From Yuukianura sp. NJ FZ-2021 (taxonomy: Eukaryota), in NCBI GenBank assembly GCA_046563655.1, contig CM102289.1:1364001-1428000 (forward strand): a stretch of 64,000 nucleotides of DNA. The letters are read 5' to 3'. The position numbers were made by a program, and so were the translations under genes. Every line of letters starts with the position of its first letter. Position 1 is the stretch's first letter. Shown one piece after another: positions 1 to 8,648 of this stretch. The notes below the pieces were generated by a model. It worked only from the letters and a program-made list of their open reading frames with translations. It had not been told where the DNA came from and ran no database searches.

Positions 1-2
1 CA

Positions 3-368
3 GCTTTATTTTTTGCAAGCTGTTTAATCCTGTTCCTAACCGAAGTCCTGTACCTATTCTCCCTACTGGTTGCTGAAATTACCCAGTCCTGTGTAGCATC
101 GACTTTTTCCGTCTTTGTTGATTTTTTGGCCCTACACGTTGCCCCTGTACTCTACCTAAGACGAAATCCTCGAGCTTACGCAGAACTACTTGGAGTCCTT
201 GTCGGAACTGAAACCTACTACTGTCTAGCTCTTTTGGTTAGACTCTTGTACTATCATTGGAGCTTCTTCAGTCCCATTTACCGCTGGTGTTTCAAATACT
301 ACGCAAGTACCCAAGGCTGGCTTGTCTTTGAATACGAGAATCCCCGTCTGCAAGAACGAAGATACTAA
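3..368 (+). CDS. Hydrophobic upstream ORF of the gypsy element (5'-partial, putative multi-pass membrane protein)
   Basis: Frame open from base 3 to TAA 366-368: ALFFASCLILFLTEVLYLFSLLVAEITQSCVASTFSVFVDFLALHVAPVLYLRRNPRAYAELLGVLVGTETYYCLALLVRLLYYHWSFF...QERRY, with 2-3 hydrophobic stretches. Start not visible. Confidence 0.5.
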   Translation, partial: ALFFASCLILFLTEVLYLFSLLVAEITQSCVASTFSVFVDFLALHVAPVLYLRRNPRAYAELLGVLVGTETYYCLALLVRLLYYHWSFFSPIYRWCFKYYASTQGWLVFEYENPRLQERRY

Positions 369-392
369 GGAGTTCCCAAATGTTGACATATT

Positions 393-1699
393 TTGCGAGA
401 CCCAGGTCTTCCTCCAGTACAAGGTCAACCGCAACAACAAGGCCCTTCCCCATCCCAGTCCACAATCCCCATGCAACCAGCACAACAAAACTACCATCCT
501 ACTTTTGCTATGCCCCCTCCAGTTCCTAACAATCCGCAGCAACCAGCTACTCCTGGTTCTGTGTACAGCGATGGTACACAAGCCAATATGGCTCCCAATG
601 CCCCCTTCCCTTGTACCCAGGACATTAAAATTTTCAAGCATATCCGGAAGTACGATGGAACGAGTGACCCTGCAGAATTCCTTGCACGCTACGAATACGA
701 TCTGAGAGGAACTGGATTCGGATCTTATGGAGCATTGAGCCACTTCGACAGAGTTTTGACTGGAGTCGCTAGCTCTTGGTTCATCTCAATTTGGCCCCAC
801 TTTCGAGAACAACTGGAAGATCCCACTAAAGATCCTGATGCTGTCTGGACTGAATTTGGAACTCAGTTCATTTCCCATTTTTCCCTTAAAGAGCGTAGAG
901 ATGATTTCAGAGCCCAGAATAAGTCCCTACGTTACAAATTGGGTGACTGTATTGACAAATACGTAGCGGACAAAATTGTTATTTTGTCTCGTTTGGATCC
1001 CAAGATGAGTGACAGCCGAAAGGTTGAATATCTCATTCGTGGACTCCCAGCAGACCTTGAAAAAGGTTTTGTAATGCTCAATATCCAAACCCCTCCGACT
1101 TTCAGAAAATTCTACGACGAGTTGCAGAAGTCCATACCCGTCCCAAAGATGGCTCTTCCCCTGTAGTCTCTATGCAGGCTTTTGAAATGGCAGCTGCCCC
1201 TAACCCCCCAATGCAGTTCCCCCAGTCGTCCCCACCCCAGATCCAACAACAGCCCAATGTTCCTGGTACCCCCCAAGCTGCTGGTCAAACGGCTTCACAA
1301 CCAACCAGTTTCGTGAATCGTCGGGATGCAGAAGGACGACCGATATGCAATCGCTGTAACCGAAGTGGGCACATTAGAAAACACTGTCACACCCCTACTT
1401 GGCGGCTCCCGGGTTACAATGGCCCTCAGCGTGCACTCCCAGCAGACCATTCCCCTCAGCCTGTATCCCCCCAGCAGCAAGGCTATTATAGCCAGGCTGT
1501 TCAACGTCCCTACCCAAATATTGACACTCGCCCATTGCAAACCAGTCCAAACCCTCCAGCACAGTCTCAAAATGTTCCTCGTCCGGATGCTGATTGGACC
1601 AAGACGATGATGACTGCCTTTGGAACAATGACGGATCTTCTCCAGAACATCGCTGCAGCAGTCCTTCCTAAACAAACACCGCCTCCGGAAAACCAGTAG
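393..1699 (+). CDS. gag: Gag (capsid plus CCHC zinc knuckle), split by a 1-nt frameshift at ~1090-1093
   Basis: Capsid-like YDGTSDPAEFLARYE...LTGVASSWF and knuckle CNRCNRSGHIRKHC. Adding one C to the run at 1090-1093 joins ORFs 393-1166 and 1172-1699 (QTPSDFQKILRRVAEVH). First in-frame ATG is 471. Confidence 0.88.
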
Positions 1700-4600
1700 A
1701 GCTGCCGTTGCAGGGACGACAGCCTCTACCCACCCCAACTTCTGTCCCTAAAAATTTGGTCCCAGTCCCTATAAGGGCTTGTCCCAAACGTTCCAAAACA
1801 CAAAAAACTAAACCCCCGACTTTCCAAACCCATAGAAAGTGCAAGGCTTTTGGCAGGAAGCCCCAATTTCAAAGTCCATTCCCACTAGAAGAGTTCTTTA
1901 CCAAATTGCAAACTCTTTTTGTCCAACAGCAGAAATGTTCCCAATGTTGTAACTCCAGCCCTACTTCAACTTTGATCGCTGGGAACCTTACAACCAAGTT
2001 ACCCATTCCTTGTTCTGACGCTCCAATAGTTCCTAATTCTGATCCTAATTTTGTTCCGAAAACTGATCCTAAACTTAATTTTGCTCCTAAGTCGGCTCCT
2101 AAAATTGATCCTAGTTCTAATCTTGCTCCTATTTATGTTCCAGATCCGAAAACTGACGCTACTGATCCGAAAATATTTGCTCAAAGTTCCGTTCCCGCTC
2201 CAAAAGCTGCTTCTGTTTGTGTTGGTACCTCTGCTCATTGGCCCTATGATCCGAAAACAGATCCCAAAGACGAAATTTGTCGTTTTGCTCCAGATCCTAA
2301 AGCTGTTTCGCTCACTTCAAAATTTGGAAATCCCCCCTCGATCCAAGGCAGAACTGCTGACTGGGTTAATAGTTCCCCAGAAATCCTAGCTGCAAATTCC
2401 AGTACCCCAGATTCAAACCTTGAACATGAGTCCCTATTCAATTCCCCAGTCCCCGAGTCCGAATTTCCTATGGGAATTTCAGTGGCTAAATTCATGTCCC
2501 AAATTCATTCTACCCAACATTCTACGTTCCACACGGATGTAGTCTTCGGTACCCAAACCCTCCGAGTCCTGTGTGACACAGGTGCTTCCCTTTGTTGTGT
2601 CCACCCCGAATTTCTACGAAAATTCCCCCATATTGTGTCGCAAGCGGTTGATGTGGAACCCGTTCGTGTGAAACTGTCCTTTGGTTCGTACGTCCGTTGT
2701 AATTCCCCCCAGACTACAATGATTTCTTTCTCCATTGACGGCGTCCCCTTCCAATACCCGTTCTACATTTTCCAGCACCTTTCCAACGAAATCGTTTTGG
2801 GTTCTGACTTTCTCCGTTCAGAACATTTTCTCTTGGATCCCGCTAACGAGCGCCTTGTAAAAGGTGAACTCCCCTGCACAGACCTCAGAAATGAGTACGT
2901 CTGTGTACCCAAATCCCAAATCCCTGTTCTAAACAAATTAACATTGTCTGAAACTGAACACGTTTCAGATACCCCCAGCTCCCCCATTGCGTCGGATCCA
3001 GAACCTGTGTCAAATCCCCCAGGTACGGCCAATCCCCCTAAACTAGTTCATGACATGACCCAGAATTCGTCTGATTCCCCTAAATCCCCTTCGTTACTTG
3101 ACTCTGAAGTTTCCTTCGTCAGTAACTCGAATTTGTCACAAAAATCTTCGCCCCCTCCGTGCCTACGTCTGGTCAGGTCCATCATCATCAACCCAAGAAC
3201 TATGAAACGCGTAAGCGTCAAGACAGATCTCCCTTTCACCGGGGATGTTCTTGTTTCCCCTCGTCAGGAGCTCCAGTATGCAAAACATATCGCCATTGGA
3301 AATTTTATTTCTACCCTCAAGGATGGCGCTGGAGTTACTTTCCTGTGGAATTTGGGAGACCGACCAGTAAAACTTCTGCAGAACATCTCCATAGGCACCT
3401 TCGAACCCTTCGCAGAGTCCTCAGTACTCTGTGACTTAGACGAATTTGGTCATGTGAGCTCCCAATTGTCCCAATCCCCTCTCCCAGCGCACCAAATCCT
3501 CGGACTTGCAGTTGATGATGATGATGACATTGCGTCTCTGAAATTGCAAAAGAGGATTGAGGCGTTTAAGATCTCCAAAACCCTAACCCCTGAACAGCGC
3601 CAAAAGATGCAGGATTTTCTTGTATCAAATTTGGATGTTTTTAATTTCGATCCAGCAACTCTTGGCCGTACTCATTTAACGACCCACAAAATTGACACAG
3701 GAACTGCGAAACCGATAGCATCCAATCCCCATAGAACAGGATTCACCGAGCGGAGAGAAATCCAAAACCAAGTCGAGCGTCTTTTGGATCTTAAGGCGAT
3801 AACCCCCAGCGATAGCCCTTGGTGTTCCCCAGTCCTTCTTGTCAAAAAGCCCGACGAAAGTTGGCGGTTTTGCGTTGACTTTCGTAAAGTCAACGCAGTG
3901 ACAAGAAAGGATTCCTACCCCCTCCCCCGAATCGACGACACCCTGGATCGTTTAAATGGTGCCAAGTACTTTACTTCAATGGATTGTGACCAGGCGTATT
4001 ACCAAGTCGAGGTGGAACCCGAGGACAGAGAGAAAACCAGCTTCGTAACCCCCGACGGACAGTACGAATTCGTCGTCATGCCCTTTGGATTAACCAATGC
4101 CCCAGCGACTTGGCAGCGTCTCATTGACAATGTCCTTGGTCGCTTAAAATGGTCCATAGCGCTCGTTTACTTAGACGATGTCGTTTGTTATTCCCGTTCT
4201 TTTGAAGAACACCTAGACCACTTAGCGCAGATTTTCTGTGCTCTCCGTAAAGCTGGTCTCAGTTTAAAACCCAAAAAGTGTTACTTTGCCGAAGATTCTT
4301 TGAAATTCCTTGGTCACATTGTCTCCCGTGAAGGAATTGCAGTTGATCCCCAGAAAACCCAAGCAGTTCGTGATTTCCCTACCCCCACGACTGTTAAAAA
4401 TGTCCGTTCCTTTGTTGGTCTTTGCAGTTACTACAGACGGTTTATTAAAGGTTTCGCGGAGATAGCTCGTCCCCTGCATCTTATAATAGCTACAAAACGT
4501 GGTACCCCATTTTTCTGGACCCCTGAAGCAGAGGTAGCGTTCCAAACCTTAAAAGACAAGTTGACTTCTCCCCCAGTCCTAGCGTTTCCCGACGAAGAAG

Positions 4601-6717
4601 CAGAGACGTCCGTCCATTGTGACGCGTCTGGACTTGGTTTCGGAGCTACGCTTTGTCAAATCCAGGATGGCGTAGAGAGAGTTGTAGCTTTTGCTTCGCG
4701 AGCTCTTTCCCCTTCCGAGTCGAAGTTTGGAACCCCCCAATTGGAAATGAAAGCGTTTGTTTGGGCTGTCGAGAAATTTCGTCCGTATTTATACGGGCGT
4801 CATTTTAAAGTTGTCACTGATCACCATTCCCTCTGTGACATGCTAAAATTCAAAGACCCTTATGGCCAAATTTCCCGTTGGTCCTTAGCCCTCCAGCCCT
4901 ACGACTTTACGGTTGTCCATAAAAGTGGCCGTATCCACACGGATGCGGACCCGCTGTCCCGAAACCCCGTTGACCCCGCTCCTTCTGACACAGACCATTT
5001 GGCCATTACACATCATCTTCTGGCCTTAGCGGTTTCCCCTGAAGCTCCCAGGAAAGTCCGTGAGTCAAAGTTGAAGGATCTCCAACTTAAAGAGCCAGAA
5101 TGGCTACCCATAATTGATTACTTAAAAGCAGAGCAGCTAGGTCAACCCCACTCCTTAGCGGAACCGAAAAAGTTGAGCGAATTTAGTCTGCGTGATGGAG
5201 TTTTGTACAAAATGAACTACTCTGAATTTGGTAACCTTTGGCGTCTTTGTCTTCCTAAGTCCCTCAGAAAATCTTGCATGGAGTCCGTCCACAATGATTC
5301 CCTTAGTCACCTTGGACTACACAAATCCTGGCATCTCCTTCGTTCCCGGTTTTACTGGCCCCGGATGTACCGTGACTTAGTCAAATTTGTCACCTCTTGC
5401 CACTTGTGTCAAGTACATAATAGACGGAACTTCGCTCTTCCCCCTAATAGCGTTGGCCTTGACGTTCCCGCCATTCCCTTCAACGCACTTGCTGTGGATT
5501 ACCTTGGCCCATTTCCCATCACAGCGAGGAGAAATACCTATATCCTAACCATAGTTGACCTCCATACCCGCTACGTTGAAGCTTGGCCCGTTCCCTCAGC
5601 AGATTCTGCTCAAGCGATCAAAGTCCTTACCAAACATGTCCTGTATCGTCATGGTATTCCCAAGATGATTCTCTCAGACCGTGGCACGGTTTTTCAGTCC
5701 GAAGAGTTTGAGGATTTCCTTTCCCTCCATTCCATTGACCACCGTTCTACGACTGCCTACAATCCCAAGTCAAACGGTGTCTGTGAACGACATAACGGCA
5801 CGGTAAAATCAGTCATCGCCAAATTCGTAAGTGAAAACCATAAAGATTGGGATATCCATCTTCCCAAAGCAGTTTTCTCCGTAAATTGTTCTGTACATCG
5901 GGTAACTAATTTCTCCCCATATTTTCTTGTCTTTGGACGGGAGCCGGTTTTGCCGGTAGATAAGGTATTTCCCCTTCCCCAAGATTATTTGACCCCTAAT
6001 GATTCTTTTGACAGATTATTCGTGGCAAACAACGTAGCCCATGAGTTGTCTCGTGAGCAACAGCTCTTACGAGTAAAAGCTCAAATGCAGATCCGATTCC
6101 CCACCTACGTTGCTGGTATGAAAGTTCTACTCCGGAACTTTCAGAGGAAAAAAGGTCACGTTGGAAAATTCACCAAGAAATGGATTGGCCCTTACAAGGT
6201 CATTGACGTCCTTGCCAATGGAACTGTTCGTGTTTCTTCGCTCCCACCTCGAAAACCTCACGAGACAGTCGTTAACGTACAACGATTAAAACCTTACCAC
6301 CAGCGTCTTTACGATGTTTCCGATTTTGACAGTAGTTCCCGTGAGTCGTCTGACGATGATTCTGAACCCCCTCAGTCGTTACAGGCTCCAGAAATTACCC
6401 CCGATCCAATCCCCCTTGAAATTCCGAACTTGCCCATAGAAATTCCCGAAATTGTCCCTTTTACGCTTCCCGAGATGATCCTAAATTTTGACCCCCAAAA
6501 TGTTGTCGAAAATGCTCCCCCTGAAAGCCCCGCCCCAGAAATCCCAGTTCCACCAGTTTTACCCGCACAGGATTCCCTGCTCCCTGTTGCGAGCGAAAAC
6601 CCCGTAATTTGCGCCCCTGCCAGCGTAAATCCCGCGATTTCTGCTCAACCCATGCGTGCGGCGCGTACGAAAGCTCTGTCACTGATTTCCCGCCTTACTA
6701 AACCTAAAAAGCGCTGA
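1672..6717 (+). CDS. pol: Pol polyprotein (protease, RT, RNase H, integrase)
   Basis: LCDTGAS protease (~2575); YLDD RT (4168-4179); CDASG RNase H; HHCC zinc finger and D-D-E integrase; WIGPYKV motif; no internal stops over about 1680 codons. Confidence 0.97.
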   Translation, partial: TNTASGKPVELPLQGRQPLPTPTSVPKNLVPVPIRACPKRSKTQKTKPPTFQTHRKCKAFGRKPQFQSPFPLEEFFTKLQTLFVQQQKCSQCCNSSPTSTLIAGNLTTKLPIPCSDAPIVPNSDPNFVPKTDPKLNFAPKSAPKIDPSSNLAPIYVPDPKTDATDPKIFAQSSVPAPKAASVCVGTSAHWPYDPKTDPKDEICRFAPDPKAVSLTSKFGNPPSIQGRTADWVNSSPEILAANSSTPDSNLEHESLFNSPVPESEFPMGISVAKFMSQIHSTQHSTFHTDVVFGTQTLRVLCDTGASLCCVHPEFLRKFPHIVSQAVDVEPVRVKLSFGSYVRCNSPQTTMISFSIDGVPFQYPFYIFQHLSNEIVLGSDFLRSEHFLLDPANERLVKGELPCTDLRNEYVCVPKSQIPVLNKLTLSETEHVSDTPSSPIASDPEPVSNPPGTANPPKLVHDMTQNSSDSPKSPSLLDSEVSFVSNSNLSQKSSPPPCLRLVRSIIINPRTMKRVSVKTDLPFTGDVLVSPRQELQYAKHIAIGNFISTLKDGAGVTFLWNLGDRPVKLLQNISIGTFEPFAESSVLCDLDEFGHVSSQLSQSPLPAHQILGLAVDDDDDIASLKLQKRIEAFKISKTLTPEQRQKMQDFLVSNLDVFNFDPATLGRTHLTTHKIDTGTAKPIASNPHRTGFTERREIQNQVERLLDLKAITPSDSPWCSPVLLVKKPDESWRFCVDFRKVNAVTRKDSYPLPRIDDTLDRLNGAKYFTSMDCDQAYYQVEVEPEDREKTSFVTPDGQYEFVVMPFGLTNAPATWQRLIDNVLGRLKWSIALVYLDDVVCYSRSFEEHLDHLAQIFCALRKAGLSLKPKKCYFAEDSLKFLGHIVSREGIAVDPQKTQAVRDFPTPTTVKNVRSFVGLCSYYRRFIKGFAEIARPLHLIIATKRGTPFFWTPEAEVAFQTLKDKLTSPPVLAFPDEEAETSVHCDASGLGFGATLCQIQDGVERVVAFASRALSPSESKFGTPQLEMKAFVWAVEKFRPYLYGRHFKVVTDHHSLCDMLKFKDPYGQISRWSLALQPYDFTVVHKSGRIHTDADPLSRNPVDPAPSDTDHLAITHHLLALAVSPEAPRKVRESKLKDLQLKEPEWLPIIDYLKAEQLGQPHSLAEPKKLSEFSLRDGVLYKMNYSEFGNLWRLCLPKSLRKSCMESVHNDSLSHLGLHKSWHLLRSRFYWPRMYRDLVKFVTSCHLCQVHNRRNFALPPNSVGLDVPAIPFNALAVDYLGPFPITARRNTYILTIVDLHTRYVEAWPVPSADSAQAIKVLTKHVLYRHGIPKMILSDRGTVFQSEEFEDFLSLHSIDHRSTTAYNPKSNGVCERHNGTVKSVIAKFVSENHKDWDIHLPKAVFSVNCSVHRVTNFSPYFLVFGREPVLPVDKVFPLPQDYLTPNDSFDRLFVANNVAHELSREQQLLRVKAQMQIRFPTYVAGMKVLLRNFQRKKGHVGKFTKKWIGPYKVIDVLANGTVRVSSLPPRKPHETVVNVQRLKPYHQRLYDVSDFDSSSRESSDDDSEPPQSLQAPEITPDPIPLEIPNLPIEIPEIVPFTLPEMILNFDPQNVVENAPPESPAPEIPVPPVLPAQDSLLPVASENPVICAPASVNPAISAQPMRAARTKALSLISRLTKPKKR
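1687..1749 (+). promoter_or_regulatory. Putative -1 ribosomal frameshift signal (gag to pol)
   Basis: G GAA AAC at 1687-1693, just before the gag TAG; the pol frame is -1 and open from 1672. Stem GCTGCCGT(1701-1708)/ACGACAGC(1716-1723) lies 7 nt downstream and extends to 1696-1729. Confidence 0.72.
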
Positions 6718-6766
6718 CTGAGTGTTTTATTTAATACTCATACTGTGTTTTTTTATGATTTTCAGG

Positions 6767-7978
6767 ATGGACCAACCACCGGAGGATCTGATGGAACAAG
6801 GAGAAGATGACGCTTCTGAGGGAATTGCGGAAATTGATTTGGCTGCAGAAGACGAACTCCTGAATTCTCCGCCTCCGCGTGATACTGCTTCTCCTGGCTC
6901 TTCATCGTCGTCTTCATCTTCGTCATCTTCGCCCCCTACGACTGTCATCGCTGCGCCCATTACTCCTCGTCGTGTGGATCCGATTCCGGATGATTGGGAC
7001 ATGCCACTCGCTGCTGATTCTCCTCCAAAATCCCCGAAGAAGCCGGATCGTCAGTCCCCCCAAAGCTCTGGCAGTTTCAACCCCCGTTCCCCTCAAAAGA
7101 GCCTCCAGGAGATGGTTTCGGCCCCAGCACCTCGTCCAAAGTTAGCTTCGGTCGTCGTCGTTGTCCCCAACTCGTCTCAGCAATCTGGAATGTTTCGTCG
7201 TCCCTCTGCTCCTGCGCCGAAATCCAATTCGCAAGTCCAGAAGTCTGCTGCAGCCAAGGTCGTCCCGCTTATGGATTTGAAGTTCCCCGATGGACCTCCA
7301 AAACCCCCCGTAGCTGGTCATTCCCGTTCCAGTTCCCCCTCCGTCTTGGCTCGTGACATGGCAAAAGTCACTCTGAACTCTCAAACCCCCCAAAACCCTG
7401 GACCGAGCACTTCATCACGATCGGCTGCACCTATTCGGATTCTCACTCGCCCAAATCGTCCCGCTCCGTACTCTACTCGTCCTCCATTGGCTCAAAATTC
7501 GGCTCCATCTTCATCAATTCGGCCACATTCTTCAAATTCCCGCCAAAATTCTGCCTCTGGTTCTTCTACTTCCTCAGCTCAACCAGTTCCCCAAGCTCAA
7601 GCAGCTCCCCAAGCCTCCTCATCAGTTCCCCAAGCCACTTCCGGTTCCTTCACCATCCCCATCTCAGCAGCAGCTTCCAGCTCCACGTTCCAGGCAACGA
7701 ATGTTCCCCCTGGACTGATCCCCATTCACGCCTACGTTCCAGCCAGCGCAACGTCAGTCACCGTCACGTGGAATACCCCCCAGGAACCTTCAAACGCTGC
7801 TCCAGTTCCCCCAGCTCCTGCACAAGGACGTTTTCCCCAAGCTCCTGCACAAGGACGTTTCCCCCCAGCCCCGAATCGGCAACAGCGACGTGCTAGATGG
7901 TGGGCAGAGAACTCGGCCAATTGTCCCCCACCACCAAAGAAGAATCATCCCAAGGATCCCCCTCCACCATCTCAGTAG
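6767..7978 (+). CDS. ORF3 of the gypsy element: 403-aa Ser/Pro-rich disordered protein (not env-like)
   Basis: ATG 6767 follows a T-rich tract ending TTTTCAG (6765). Acidic N-terminus, poly-Ser, duplicated APAQGRFP and a basic RQQRRARWW C-terminus; no signal peptide or TM segment. Confidence 0.75.
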   Translation: MDQPPEDLMEQGEDDASEGIAEIDLAAEDELLNSPPPRDTASPGSSSSSSSSSSSPPTTVIAAPITPRRVDPIPDDWDMPLAADSPPKSPKKPDRQSPQSSGSFNPRSPQKSLQEMVSAPAPRPKLASVVVVVPNSSQQSGMFRRPSAPAPKSNSQVQKSAAAKVVPLMDLKFPDGPPKPPVAGHSRSSSPSVLARDMAKVTLNSQTPQNPGPSTSSRSAAPIRILTRPNRPAPYSTRPPLAQNSAPSSSIRPHSSNSRQNSASGSSTSSAQPVPQAQAAPQASSSVPQATSGSFTIPISAAASSSTFQATNVPPGLIPIHAYVPASATSVTVTWNTPQEPSNAAPVPPAPAQGRFPQAPAQGRFPPAPNRQQRRARWWAENSANCPPPPKKNHPKDPPPPSQ

Positions 7979-8043
7979 CTTCCCCGAATCGCTCCAGAGT
8001 CCCTCGGTTTATCGCCGTGGCGGCTCACAGATCGCTGGGAATC

Positions 8044-8648
8044 TGTAGGGAGGTATCCCCACAACCCCCTCTCAAAGCCTATACGGCTCCCTCGTCCTCC
8101 TCCGCTCCACTCCACAGCAGCAACACAACAACAATCCCCTTCGTCCCCCTGCAGTTCCGGAGACGCCAGACCACCAGCTCCAATTCAGCAGCCAATCACA
8201 ATCGCCGAGGATTGCATCAGCCACTTCCCTGCAGCTCCTTCTGGCAGTTTCATCTCCTCCATCTTCTCGTCCTCCTCCACACAGTCGTCCACACCATCTC
8301 ACAAGGAGAAGATCTCGTCACTCCAGTTCCCAGTAGCAGCCATCTTCCTTCTTCGTGTCTGGACACGCTACTGCCTCTATTGACCCGGATTTGACCTCAA
8401 TTCACCTCCACTGGACTTCCTGGACAGACCAGGAATACCTGGTTGATCCGACCAGGACCGCTCGTCTCTCCTACTACTACAAATTGGCCGTAACTGTATC
8501 TTTTGTTTGTTCAATAAATTACTAATCCAATTCTTGTAGCTCCCGTGACCTCTGCCCCTTTATTTCCGTCGTCAGACGTTCTCGGGTGACCGCGAGTCGG
8601 CCCGTCGGGGAGTTCACTCCGAGCTTTCCCTCAACCGAGGTATATTCA
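8044..8648 (+). repeat. Putative 3' LTR of the gypsy element
   Basis: Begins TGTAGGGA (8044); TCCCTCA ending at 8633 is an imperfect inverted match (alternative CA end at 8648); AATAAA at 8513. The 5' LTR is not in the window and the polypurine tract is weak. Confidence 0.4.

Larger units (their letters stand above)
1..8648 (+). mobile_element. Ty3/gypsy LTR retrotransposon with two accessory ORFs (5' end outside window)
   Basis: gag with CCHC knuckle; pol in PR-RT-RH-IN order; C-rich composition distinct from the host. Right boundary falls at 8633-8650, where sequence matching the IR paralog (cf. 11650-11700) resumes. Confidence 0.95.

Noticed and set aside
1080..1100. Programmed frameshift inside gag
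   Set aside because: No correctly phased X XXY YYZ heptamer; a 1-nt loss in a C-run is simpler and matches other homopolymer errors in the window.
6722..6766. Signal-peptide-like N-terminus (MFYLILILCFF) making ORF3 env-like
   Set aside because: Starts at GTG and is just the translation of the polypyrimidine tract; ORF3 has no TM anchor or Cys-rich ectodomain.
7897..8394. 165-aa ORF, and an open continuation of the ORF3 frame after its TAG
   Set aside because: All three frames are largely open here because the strand is C-rich and stop-poor; there is no ATG start or readthrough context, and it overlaps the putative LTR.
8540..8630. Possible self-cleaving ribozyme at the element end
   Set aside because: Could not fit the hammerhead (CUGANGA/GAAA) or HDV-like core by eye.
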